A DNA stretch of 53,654 bases, counting the filler, from Jimgerdemannia flammicorona (Eukaryota): the NCBI GenBank assembly GCA_003990765.1. It is 3 parts of 3 records of this genome, joined end to end, with 100 filler letters (N's around TTAATTAATTAA, not from the genome) between each part and the next. Parts side by side here need not be neighbours in the genome. Positions count along the whole stretch, not along the records: positions 1 to 17,824 come from RBNJ01002395.1; positions 17,925 to 35,745 come from RBNJ01002396.1; 1 more part is not named here. One strand, written 5' to 3'. Numbering within the stretch: the stretch's first letter is position 1; each line of letters begins with the position of its first letter. The notes under the pieces were generated by a model that was given only the letters and a program-made list of their open reading frames with translations, did not search any database and was not told where the DNA came from. This document shows, piece after piece, positions 13,101-23,593 of the stretch. A program made the translations under genes and the position numbers.

Positions 13101-13147
13101 GATTATAAAAATAAAATAAAATAAAATAAAATAAAATAAAATAAAAT
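7179..13147 (+). mobile_element. Full-length decayed L1/Tx1-like LINE with target-site duplication
   Basis: ORF1 relic from about 7260; ORF2 relics FSLNMNGL, AGDFN, APGEDGLPWDFW, GVPQGDLLS, AFADD, YL. AATAAA and (TAAAA)n tail. TSD ataaat[t/c]aagaagtca at 7163-7178 and 13146-13161. Confidence 0.92.
10486..10692 (+). repeat. Exact 101-bp tandem duplication inside the LINE
   Basis: tattggatgctgatggtcatc...gaggaggagggagggg begins at both 10493 and 10594. Confidence 0.9.
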
Positions 13148-13150
13148 AAA
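13106..13150 (+). repeat. (TAAAA)n LINE tail
   Basis: Direct pentamer repeat at the 3' end of the LINE. Confidence 0.9.
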
Positions 13151-13879
13151 TCAAGAAGTCAGTATAAGTACACAGCTATAGTAGGCATAGGTACTCTCAA
13201 AATGAGTATAATAGTTATAGTTTCTGCAACTAGTATAAATATAGTCAAAAGATTAATCTCAATCTTTAATAGTAAGAATTATACTATTTGGATTTTTTAT
13301 ATAAGCAATCTCTTAAAAAAATATGACTTAGCAGAATATATAAAACTGCAAGTACAGATTCAAGATTATAATATTATAAATAATTACTGAGTATTATAAG
13401 AGATTATGTTTATATTATCAAACTAATAAACAAAGCTTATAATGTAACTATAATAGCCTACAATATATGAGAGACTCTATATAATCATTATATATAAGTA
13501 TCTTTGTTAAATTAATTCTATCTAGAATCTCAGTTATTCAATTTATAAATAAAATCCAAGAAGAGTATCTTTATATACTGATCATATCAATAATCTGATG
13601 AATCAGGTAAATTTTTTAAGTATATCAGTAGAGTATATTAGTAATGAAGACTCTTATATAAGGTCATTCTAAGATATATAACATTGTAATGATAGTCATA
13701 TAGGAGAGCAAGAAACTCACAAATTATATCTATTATAATAATATCTTCAAAATAAGTTACATCAGAATTCAGAAGACTGTCTTGATTTTGCAAGTAACTA
13801 GTTAAAAATTATATGTAACTCAACTATGATTCATCTTAATTATAAGATAATCTACATCTAAACTCATAATGACTTACAA

Positions 13880-15575
13880 TAACTCTAGCAATATACTACT
13901 ACTAGTCAGGTGACCCTACTCTCTGGACTAAAGAAGGAGATCTTCAAGATATAAAAGAAGTATTAAGAGAAGAAGTACAAAGTATCAACTATAAAAGACT
14001 TACTATAAAACAAAATGCCTACTATCTATCAAACAGTCAGATCAAGGAGTCACCCAGATCCATTAGTTCAAGAATAAATATTTGCTAATATCAAGAGAGC
14101 AATGAGACTGTATATAAGAAGGACCCCTAGTCTGAACCTCTATATAAGAGACCCCTCTCAACCACTGAGAAATGGAGATAAAAATCACTACTACTGCTGA
14201 GTATCTTTGGATATAGTAAAAATATCAGCTGGAATATTATCTCTGCTAAGAGTTCATACAAACTAGCTCTTACGAAATTGTGGACACTACAGGCATAGAT
14301 AGATATAAACAGAAACTAGCCAAAAGAGTCCACCAGATCTTCAGATATGTACTCTAGACTATTCCCAATCTAGAATATATCAAAGTCTCTGATATTTAAG
14401 AATTAACAAACTACTATATAGACTACCTTGAGGAAATGGTTGTAGAAGAGACCTAATCTACTATTATAGTCAAAAGTGATAAGGTTTAAGATCTTTAGAA
14501 CTCTATTCTAAAGGACAATCTAGACCAATTTATTTATAATCTGATTATATTATTTCAAGGCCCTTCCTTAAGAGTCTGCTATCTTCAGAATTCTATAGAT
14601 ATTCTCTACTTTGAGGATGACTTCACCATTGACTGGAGACCTTAAGAGCAGGATGATCTTATATCCTTTAATAATATCACCCCCTCAAACAACTTAGAGA
14701 ATAATGATAACCCACTTATTTTATTAGAAGATAATGTCAACAACTTTTTTTTCTCACTCCCAGATCTCCCTACTAACTTCAGTACAACTGTAGGAGATAC
14801 AAAAAATGATTTGGCCAGACTTTCTGAAGAAATGAGAAGGAGGATGAAGATGACATAATTCCAGTCATATTAAATTTTAAGATATATGAGGATAGTACTA
14901 TTAGCTAAATTAAGTAAGTTAGTTAGTTGTATAATAGTGACTTCATATTAACTAGTCAAATTCATCATAAATATAAAATTAGCCTTATCTAGTTAGTCAT
15001 CTGAATTTCAAAAATATACTAAATAGTATCTTCTAGTAATTGTGAGTTATAACTAATTACCTAGTCTTATTCTTAGTCTGAAAGTTATATAAATACCCTC
15101 TGATCTATAGTAAAAAAATCTTAGTCAGTTGAAGTTTGGAATAAAAAGAAAGTTTTATAAAGAAACATACTACCTCTAAGAGACTGAAATATTCTAAGAA
15201 ACAAGATAACTAGAGAAATAATCACTTGAGGTTTGAGTTTGAAGAATTTACTCTTACTGCTCTCAGAAAATCACTATTATGGAAAATTACCTCAGAAATC
15301 AGATATAAAACCCCAGAACTCAAGATACAAGTCAGTTAATACTATCTTGAAAAACTGTATAAAATTCAAGATATAAGTCAGTTAATACTGCTATCAGAAA
15401 ACTATATAAAATTCAAAGTTAGTTAATACCACTATCTCAGAATTTATAAATCAAGAACTGTTGGAAACTTCAGAACAATCCAAGGATATAAGATCTAGGA
15501 AACTTAGTCAAGAATATACTTGATTACCAAGCAATATAGAGAACTCACAAAATGATTACCAGGAAATATCACAAT
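13880..15575 (+). repeat. Putative solo LTR of a distant relative of family A (boundaries approximate)
   Basis: Decayed ORF followed about 180 bp later by tataaataccc (15088), aataaa near 15140 and short tandem repeats, the same layout as LTR 818-2881. No TSD identified. Confidence 0.5.
14015..14908 (+). pseudogene. Degraded distant homolog of the LTR-encoded acidic protein
   Basis: VDTTGIDRYKQKLAKRVHQIFRYVL*TIPNLEYIKVSDI*ELTNYYIDYL aligns without gaps to TDITQMSQHQKLIACKHRELFYEYSTFIPCLRVTTSEMIATLSYGQIDNM; also DILYFEDD vs DIIHFDED; acidic tail. Confidence 0.6.
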
Positions 15576-15958
15576 AATATACAATATAAACAAGCTACTG
15601 ATCCATTCTGAATGACCAATCACATGACCAATAGTTTGAAATATACAAACTCTAATATGATGTAACTTCATTATAATACAAACTTTAGCAAATAAATCAA
15701 ATAATAGTTAAAGTAAACATTGAGCCAGAATATTATTAGTAAAGATATAAGTAGCATATAAATAACTAGTGGTATATTGAGCTATATATATCAGCAAAAT
15801 AATCTATACAAATCACACACCATATTTTAGAGACTCAATTGGGAAAGTTTTCTAAAGACTTAACAATTTGGCTCAAGAACTTAGCAGTCATCTACAGTGG
15901 AGAATTTAGGAGAAACTAGTCAACAGTAGTCTACTTTAAGAAGAGAGGTACATATATA

Positions 15959-16606
15959 CAAAGTGTCCCGCGCATGAGAAGGCTAATGTGAGATAAATAG
16001 TGTTCTATATAAAATGAATCTAATGTGGGACATGGGTTTGGCTCAAAGGAAGCATATGCTTCTGAAGGCCCACCAATCGCATTCATATGCTAAGAGGCTG
16101 GGCACATATTTATTGTTCCAAAGAGGGATGGGTGGGAGGGGTGCATGAAATCGATTGATACGAATTACTAATGATGATTGCTAGAGTATGTTGAGGGAAA
16201 TGTGTGGCCACTGCCTAACTCTTGGGCATGCAGTTAGAGCTTGAGCTAGCTAAGGTAGGGTGCAGAAAGCAATTGAAACTGACTAAGCTAAGATGGTGGA
16301 TTGCATGATTACATTGCATGAATGTTTAAGCGCATGGTAGGGTGCAGGAAGTGATTGAAACTGACTAATCTAAGATGGTAGTTGCATTGCGCGATGAATG
16401 TTAGATGCACAAGTGTTAAGTGCAATGGCCACTTTGCTGCATTTTGAACTATGTTCACAACTATATCAAAGTGTCCCATGCATGAGGAGGCTAACATGAG
16501 ATGAATAGTGTTCTATATAAAATGAATCTAATATGGGACATGGGTTTGGCTCAAAGGAAGCATATGCTTCCGAAGGCCCACCAATCACATTCATATGCGA
16601 AGAGGC
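15959..16606. repeat. 140-bp direct repeat pair (15959-16098, 16467-16606) with an ~80-bp tandem duplication in the spacer
   Basis: caaagtgtccc...cattcatatgc(t/g)aagaggc occurs twice; ggtagggtgcag...gaaactgactaa occurs twice in the spacer. Confidence 0.9.
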
Positions 16607-16641
16607 AAAAGAACCACGGGCCTGGGAAGTGGGCAAGGCTC

Positions 16642-17405
16642 CTAAATGTAATACTGGTGCCGCTGACCACTTGTGGGCACCTTTTGGCCACCACCCGCCA
16701 AACCCATGGCCTGCTGGTAGTCGAGTAGAGGAAGTGTGGTCAAGGTGACTGTCGTCCGAGATAGAATCTGGTTGAGTTGCCAGATGTAATGCAGAAAGGC
16801 CGTAGACTTCCACCAATCAGCCAGTTGAATGATGTGATCCGGATATCCTGCCGATGTAAGAAGAGTAGCACTGCCGATACGGAAGGAATGAACATGAATT
16901 CCAGAGGCTAGTGGAGTGTCTCTTAAAGGGGCCCAAATGGCCTCGATGAATGTTGAGCAAGAGAGGGGTTGAGTGGGACTGAAGGAGAAGATGGGGTCCT
17001 TGGGACGGGTAGGGCAGAGGCGGATCATATTGTCAATTACAGAACAGAGACAATTGAAGGCACCTGAAAACCCCAGAAATACATCACCTGAGGTACCAGT
17101 TTTGGTGCAAGGGAGGTGTAGAGACCAAAAGGGCTGGGAAAGTATAGGGTCCCAGTGCCATCGAAGGTGGCGCCTGCATGTCTGCCAGTGTGAGTCGAAA
17201 GGTAGATGGTCAGGAGATATCAGCTCGCTAATTTGCATGAGGCCATAAAAGGCTGTATACATGGCCGCCCATATGGTGGCACATGAGGTGTAGTAAGGGG
17301 GAGAGCAGCATGAATAAGCTGCAAGTATTGGCAAGTAATAGGAAGGCGTTCCAGTGAGTGTGAGGGGGGTGGGTGGTGCTGAATGGATTTCAATACCATG
17401 TCGAA
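16642..17405 (-). pseudogene. Tyrosine recombinase (DIRS/Ngaro type), decayed
   Basis: Motifs TAFYGLMQISEL (R->Q), LPCTKT, HSFRIGSAT, WWKSTAFLHYI (from GRWxSxAxxxYI). Confidence 0.88.
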
Positions 17406-17410
17406 CAGGG

Positions 17411-17824
17411 GTAAGGATGCCTCCTTTCTCCGCTACCTTACCGGTCACAAGGTTTGGTAGGCGACCTTCCGAGTCCCCTTTCCCCTATTATTACCCCCTC
17501 TACCTCGGGTTGGTTTGCTGTACCTGCAGGGGCATGGTGGGAGGAGGGCAATGGTGATGAGTTGCCCCTTTATCGGTGTCGGATCGGTGCTTCCTCCACT
17601 TTTTCGCGGATTCTGGTGCCTTCAGCTGCGTCTGGGGTGTACCCGTTTTGGTGCGGCGCCTTCTTCCTTTTGCTGTCGCCAACAAGGTGTTGTCTCAGTG
17701 TGTCTCGGGCTACATAGGGAGTCGGCCGACCTTGGGCGTCAAGTGCTCAGTGTAGGTTACCTGCAGGTCCTCGGTGCCTGTGGTGGGGCCCTCTGGCTTT
17801 GGCGAGCTTCCCGGTGAGCGCGGT
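17411..17824 (+). mobile_element. Possible 5' end of a younger CpG-rich LINE inserted into the YR gene
   Basis: Abrupt switch to CpG-rich sequence; taccggtcacaaggtttgg resembles the LINE 5' motif; weak ORF1-like translation (AVANKVLSQCVSGYIGSRP). Confidence 0.3.
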
Positions 17825-17924
17825 NNNNNNNNNNNNNNNNNNNNNNNNNNNNNNNNNNNNNNNNNNNNTTAATTAATTAANNNNNNNNNNNNNNNNNNNN
17901 NNNNNNNNNNNNNNNNNNNNNNNN
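17825..17924. other. Artificial assembly spacer (N44-TTAATTAATTAA-N44)
   Basis: 100-nt N run containing an all-frame stop linker. Confidence 0.98.
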
Positions 17925-17933
17925 AAAAAAAAA

Positions 17934-17965
<32 letters not shown>

Positions 17966-17979
17966 CTCCCAGCAACCCA

Positions 17980-19061
17980 CCTAACCCACGGCAATATACT
18001 CAACGTAACCGCGGGACTAAGCCTCCCACCCTCCACCCATCCGCGCATGGGCTCATTACCCATGACGAACAGTGGGACGAGGGGCATGAACGAGTCAAGT
18101 AACGTCGTGCGCGAGGCGACGAGGATGACAGGGATGAGCGGCAGCCCAACCCAGACACGCCAGCCCCACGGTTGCGGGGAACCCAGGAGACGCTCACCCT
18201 CGTCGGTACCACAGATAGTTAGGACGGCGTAGGCGCTGTAGCAGAGAGGAGGGAGAAGAGGCGAGTTTAGTGGATTTAACGGTACATATGAACGCTCATA
18301 TGCCTTCTACTATTTCGATCTGCCGTTTGCCGACTCATTCGCCTCACCCCACCGCGCATACATCTGCGAATAACTCTTCCCAAATCGTATCCTATCCATC
18401 TCCAAATAACATACCCGTACGTCGTGCTGGTGATGAGCACCGAACAGGTGAGGCCGAGTACGGTCATGTAGGGAATAGAGGCCTGGATGGTTGCATCGAC
18501 GCGAGACATGAACCAGAGGAGAAGGGAAGAGCGCTCCTGGAGCTGGTAGACCATATTACATTGCGGGCAGCGGACCTAAGCGGAGAGATATATCGTAGAG
18601 CAGGAGTGTGGCCGGCGGGATATAAAGGATGAATTTGCCGGCGGGATATAAAACATGTCCCACTAAGGGGAACCAAGCCACTCAACGCACATACAGACAC
18701 GTACAGAGCCTCAACTAACCAATGCGCGTACCTTCTTGAACGGGATCCCCTTCTGGTTCTCCGATATCCAATTCAGCAAACACTCTTCGTGGCTGATGAG
18801 AGAACATTTGCACGGCCGGACCCACCGGCCCTCGGAGTCCGAGTCCTCGCCAAAGCAAATCCAGCACTTGCATTGATCCTCGTCCTCGTCGTCGTCACGG
18901 GTGGTGACGGCTGGTGCGGTGGCGGGGACGAGGGTAACGGAGGTGCCCGCGGAGGAGGCTCCGCCAGACAGGTCCGGTGTGTGAGGATCTTCTGCGGGAC
19001 GGTGAAGGTGTTGATAGGGTGTTGAGTCGTGGTCTGTGTATAGAGCTGCGATGTGGGACAT
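17980..19061 (-). CDS. RING-CH (MARCH5-like) membrane E3 ubiquitin ligase; 3' end lost at the gap. Exons 19061-18732, 18575-18415, 18235-~17980
   Basis: Spliced C4HC3 RINGv CWICFGE...WVRPCKCSLISHEECLLNWI...VRCPQC, then TM segments and VGLPLIP; canonical GT-AG introns keep the frame. Confidence 0.88.
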
Positions 19062-19207
19062 TGTTCTTGTCTTGGCAGTGGGTGTGAAGTTGAAGAGCTG
19101 AGAGTTGAGGGAAAAGTTCGTCCAACGTGACCATCATGACGTCATCCGCCGCACCCCGTGTCCCTTTGTCGTCCAATTGACAGCACACAACGCCACAAAC
19201 ACAAGTC
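19062..19207. promoter_or_regulatory. 146-bp ATG-to-ATG interval, probable bidirectional promoter
   Basis: Divergent start codons at 19061 (-) and 19208 (+). Confidence 0.7.
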
Positions 19208-20326
19208 ATGGAAGACGACGAATTGAACGCGATCCGCGCAAGGCGAATGGCTGAGCTTCAGGCCAGCCAGCCACAGGTACTGCACCTCCACCCTTGCTAC
19301 CCGTTTGCCACACTGCGAACCAACTAATGTGCGTCCTTTGGACACCCACCCACAGTCTCGCGCTGGGGGACCAAGCATCGGAGGTATTCCGGGTGGAGGG
19401 GGATCTTCCAAAGAGGACGAGGAGAAGAAGGGGTAGGTGTTTCGCTTTCGCACTGTGTCGGAAATATGTCTTTGTTCCGAATGCCATCTTCCTGCAGTGA
19501 CGCACATGAGGTCGCGCATAGTTATGTAACGACACGCGACCATACCGAGATCTTGACCGATTGGGACAATACGACCCTTAACAACTTTACTCCTTGTTCT
19601 GTCCTTCCAGCCAAATGGAGGAGATGCGGCGCACCATGGTATGTTGCCCCTTCCCATTCAATTCTTGCACAAAGCACATGCCATGACTGAACTATCCCTC
19701 ACTCTCACCTCGCATTCCTAGCTCATCCAAATCCTCGACAACACCGCCCGCGAGCGCCGTTCGTACTCTCTCCGTTTCCTTCATATACCCCCATTTCCAC
19801 CCTCACCTCGACCCTAACCTTCCTTCACCCCTAAGTTTCCCGCATCCAAATGGTGAAGGCAGACAAAGCGCGTGCGGTGGAGGACCTGTTGATCCGGATG
19901 GCGCAGGGTGGCCAACTACGGCAGAAGATCAACGAGGCCCAGCTAATTGACCTGCTGGGGCAGATTAATGAGCAGGAGAAGGGTGCCAAGGAGACGAAGA
20001 TTGTGGTAGGTACGCGAAGAGTTCGAATGGAGAACGGGGAGAGTGGTATAGGGGACAGATGGAGAAGGTTGGGGTTGAGGCGAGGAATGTGAATGAGAAT
20101 GAGAAATGCCTAATGGAATGAGCGGCGTGGTGTAGGTTGGTTTATCAGGAACCGGGTCCGAATGGGAATCAGTGAACAATGGCTGATATGTGTTGTTGTG
20201 TATAATGCCTTCATTAATATTTCCTCCTTTTCCACTCCATCCTCCTCTCTCCAAACCACCCGCTCATAACAGTACAATCGCCGCCGCTTCGACGACGACG
20301 ACGAGGAGGAGGAGTACGACCTGTGA
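19208..20326 (+). CDS. PDCD5: Programmed cell death protein 5 homolog. Exons 19208-19276, 19356-19432, 19611-19638, 19722-19758, 19836-20005, 20273-20326
   Basis: Spliced product MEDDELNAIRARRMAELQ...EEMRRTMLIQILDNTARERLSRIQMVKADKARAVEDLLIRMAQGGQLRQKINEAQLIDLL...KIVYNRRRFDDDDEEEEYDL*; all introns GT-AG. Confidence 0.95.
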
Positions 20327-21499
20327 CACGTGAATCAGACACTAGCATTCGCATCCAATGTTTCTTTCACATCACGACGGGTTATATCTGTACAGCGCGA
20401 GTACGAATAAATCGGTATTTTGATTTACATATGAACGTGTGACGTAAGTAGGATTTGAGGTTTTTTTTTTCTTTTTCTTTTTTTGTCTTTTGGGGGAGAG
20501 GGAGAGGAGGGTGGCGAATGGGGAAAGTTGGGAACGTGCGATTTGGTGTATTTGAGGGAGGCGTCGGCGTGGCAATGGAATTTAGAGAGGGTGATGTGTG
20601 TGGTGTGGGCCTGATATATAATTATGTATTTGACGACTCGTTTATCAGCATTATGTATGAATAGTGTTATGTGGTATAAGCTGAGTTGGATGGAATATAA
20701 ACCATGTGTCACATTTCACCCATTACCTCACATGACTAAACACGGGAACCCCGAGCCCTCCGCGCCGCGTTAGTGTAAACATTACGGTTCAGAACTTTTT
20801 TTTTTGTCTTTTTTCATTCGCTTCCAAGTCGTCTGTCGTCTGTCGTCTGTGTCGTCCACGTTGTGGATTTGGGATTCCCTTCTACCGGGAGGGAGGAGAA
20901 GAATTTATTGGTATTATCCTACGTTAGCCTCTCGTTCGCTCACAAATCTAAATCGCTTTTCCGTGGGTCGGTCACACATGTGAGTGGCGTGGCTTTTCAA
21001 GATGTAATGCTCCATCAATGAGCGAGATCCGTTGGCAACACGGACTCTTGATCTTGCGCTTTTCTACAGACACACGCAATACCCCACATCCCCTTTCTAC
21101 AATTCTTTCCGGGACGAGCAAGCAAACCCCTTGACAAAATTGGCCGAAAAATTTGTTTCTGTGACTGGTGTGCCCCACTTTCGATCGCAAACCACCATCG
21201 CAAATGCACACAAATCCAGCGCGGCGTGAGTATATACTCGAGGTTTGGGGTACTCGAGGTTTGGGGTACTTACAGATAGGCCTTTTTTCAAAAGGCTGTC
21301 AATCATGTAAACCGTGTCCAAGCACGGGGATTCCAAAGGTGGAAGAGCACTTTATGGGGAACAATCGCATCGATGAAAGAGGTAATGATAAATGAATATT
21401 CCTTTGTGCGAGTGCAAAATAATATACAATGGAATATCAGTGCAATGAAACAAATAAATAAAATTGAAAATGTCCGATAAAGAAGGACAGACTCCCTCT

Positions 21500-22558
21500 C
21501 TAAGTCCAGCTTTTGGGATTATCGCTTCTCCGCCACGGTTTGCGGATGAAGAGGAAAATGGCGACACCGATGAACAACACTGCAATGATAATACCGATGA
21601 TACCGCCAATGCCCCCAACAACGGCCAGTGGGTTGGTTGAAGTCAGTGGGTCAAAAGTAGTTGCCCATCGGAACGGGGTTGTCCTAGTGTCCAAGATGAC
21701 AACATCGTTCAGGTACGAGCCTGAGCTGTTTTCTGATGTGTGGATTCCTATTATCGACGAATCGAGTAGAAAAACCCCGTGTTAAAGTACTGGAACGAAC
21801 TGTCTGCACACTGACAGATTAAATTAAGGCATGTACAATATAATAAATCGAAGAAATGAGGCAAAAATCGTGCATACCAAAGAATAGAATCATCTGCCCA
21901 TTGACCATGACTGCCGAAGCCCCAACTCTTTCTGGTGGCACAGTGCCGTCAATGGCCGGCTGCGTCCACGACCAAGTCTGAGTGTTGAGCACAAAAACAT
22001 CGGAGGCGTTACCGCAGATGATGATGGAGATGCCGTCTGTGCCTGTAAGTGAGAAATATCATATCAGTCAGCTACCAAAGGCATTGTACAACACAAATGT
22101 TAACTCTCGAGCGGCCCGCCAATGCTTTTGCCAATCATCCGGCCGGATCGTGGTTATTCCGGTTCGTAGTTGGCGACATTGCTGGGATGGTAGTGGTCTG
22201 AAAGGCGTGGGCGTTAACAATGCTGTTTCGCTGAGATTCTCGACTGGTCGGGAACAAGGACGGGGTGAATCAGGCCCAAAACAGTATTGGAGGAGTTGGT
22301 GGAGGCGACCGGGCGGGAATTGTTGTCGGAGATGTCGTGGAGTTTGGCCGCGACCGGGGAATGAGTGAAATAAAGTCACCTACCCAACTCAGCATTGTGT
22401 GATTGTAGTGGACCAGGCGTGTAAGATCCCGCCGCGTTTTGAGAACTCCATACAGCAGAATTTGTACTTTGTATAAAAGTTTAAATAATTAAATTTCTGT
22501 CTAGGAGAAAGAAAAAAAGAAAAGGAAAAACGGAAACAGAAAAAGAAAGAGAAAGAGA

Positions 22559-22657
<99 letters not shown>

Positions 22658-23593
22658 TATTCAAAAACTGGAAACTCGCTCATTGAGGCTAACTCCCCCA
22701 TCGTATAAGTAGTATTCGGTTGAAGTTCTAATATACCTCCAATAATGACCATCTGGCCATTTCTGGAAAGATTGATGACCAGAGGGCAACAAGTTACAAA
22801 GCTGCAGGAAGAAGGTCATATACAAACAATTCTAACGAGGTTTAGAGATATAATAGGGTCATCTTACGGAAGGATAGTTGCGGTGTGTCCGTATCTGGGG
22901 GTGATATTACTACTCAAAACACTCCATTCAAGTTTGTTTGAATCAAAGGCATTCGTGTTGGAGGTCATTTTTGGTCGGGAAGTGTTTCCTGTCAGTACAA
23001 AAAATAAATAAAATACGGGAATCATTCAAGTAATATTAACGGATGAATTGGTTAATCAGTGAATGAAACCCACAAGATCGTGACCAACCTGTGTATACGT
23101 CGGTCCACCCGCCCCAAATATACGCTTTTCCAAACGAAGTCCACGCAACGGTGGCAAAATATCTTTCCTGCGGCGTGCTTGCAATAGTAGATGGAATGGA
23201 CCAAGACCTCGTGGCGATCTTGTATTGTGCGAATCCGCTTTGTGCCAGCTTTTTGGTGACATTATAGCCGCCGCTGCCGCCCCAAATATAAATGGAATTG
23301 CCATCGGAGGAGGGCCACATTACGTTTGCGTACACCTTTGGAACAGAAACAGTGCCAGCGTCACTTGTTCGGTTAGCCCATGGTGGACTTGATGTTGTCC
23401 AGGACCTGGATACATCAAGCGTGTAGAGGTTTGAGGACGCTTGCATGCCGTCTCCTTGGCCACCGTACACGTAGATTATATCGTTGACGAGAACGGCGGA
23501 CTGTACTACCGAGCCTGGAGGACTGAACGCGGCGATGAGATGAGCCATGGCGGTGAGCAACACATGCAACGCTAAGAAGGTAGGTTTTGTCAT
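21500..23593 (-). pseudogene. Kelch/galactose-oxidase-repeat single-pass membrane protein, disrupted. Exons 23593-23089, 22988-22868, 22762-~22660, 22042-21878, 21747-21500
   Basis: Signal-like N-terminus; kelch motifs IYVYGG, IYIWGG, PRYGHTAT, MVIIGG; C-terminal TM IGGIIGIIIAVLFIGVAIFLFIRK. Exon 3 breaks off at a poly(A)-tailed insert. Confidence 0.8.
22106..22655 (+). mobile_element. CpG-rich poly(A)-tailed retroposed insert (probably a LINE 3' end or SINE)
   Basis: About 400 bp of non-kelch sequence followed by an A-rich tract and a ~94-nt pure poly(A); replaces part of kelch exon 3 and the next intron; no TSD seen. Confidence 0.6.

Larger units (their letters stand above)
13162..15958 (+). 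mobile_element. Heavily decayed Ty1/Copia internal region (gag about 13202-13850; protease relic about 15595-15635), split by an LTR-like insert
   Basis: SIFNSKNYTIWIFYISNLLKKYDLAEYI matches the Copia gag N-terminus (F.G.NY..W...M...L). LIHS..TNHMT resembles the Copia protease motif DSGATxHM. Confidence 0.6.
15959..17410 (-). mobile_element. 3' part of a tyrosine-recombinase retrotransposon (Ngaro/DIRS-like)
   Basis: YR coding relic followed by 140-bp direct repeats (16467-16606 and 15959-16098) around a ~370-bp spacer, as expected for a split-direct-repeat 3' end. Confidence 0.75.

Noticed and set aside
17428..17470. Possible ribozyme/pseudoknot (ctacc/ggtag, ggtc/gacc pairings)
   Set aside because: Only short stems; I could not fit HDV-like or hammerhead consensus elements.
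17869..17880. TTAATTAATTAA as a biological palindrome
   Set aside because: Linker embedded in N runs and repeated identically at 35790.
20990..21229. Short ORF MATRTLDLALF... as a gene
   Set aside because: No ATG start, recognisable motif or splice structure; may be a gene remnant but cannot be supported.
22389..22664. Poly-Phe ORF (also 27016-27213 and the tail of 17869-18087)
   Set aside because: Translation of homopolymer tracts.
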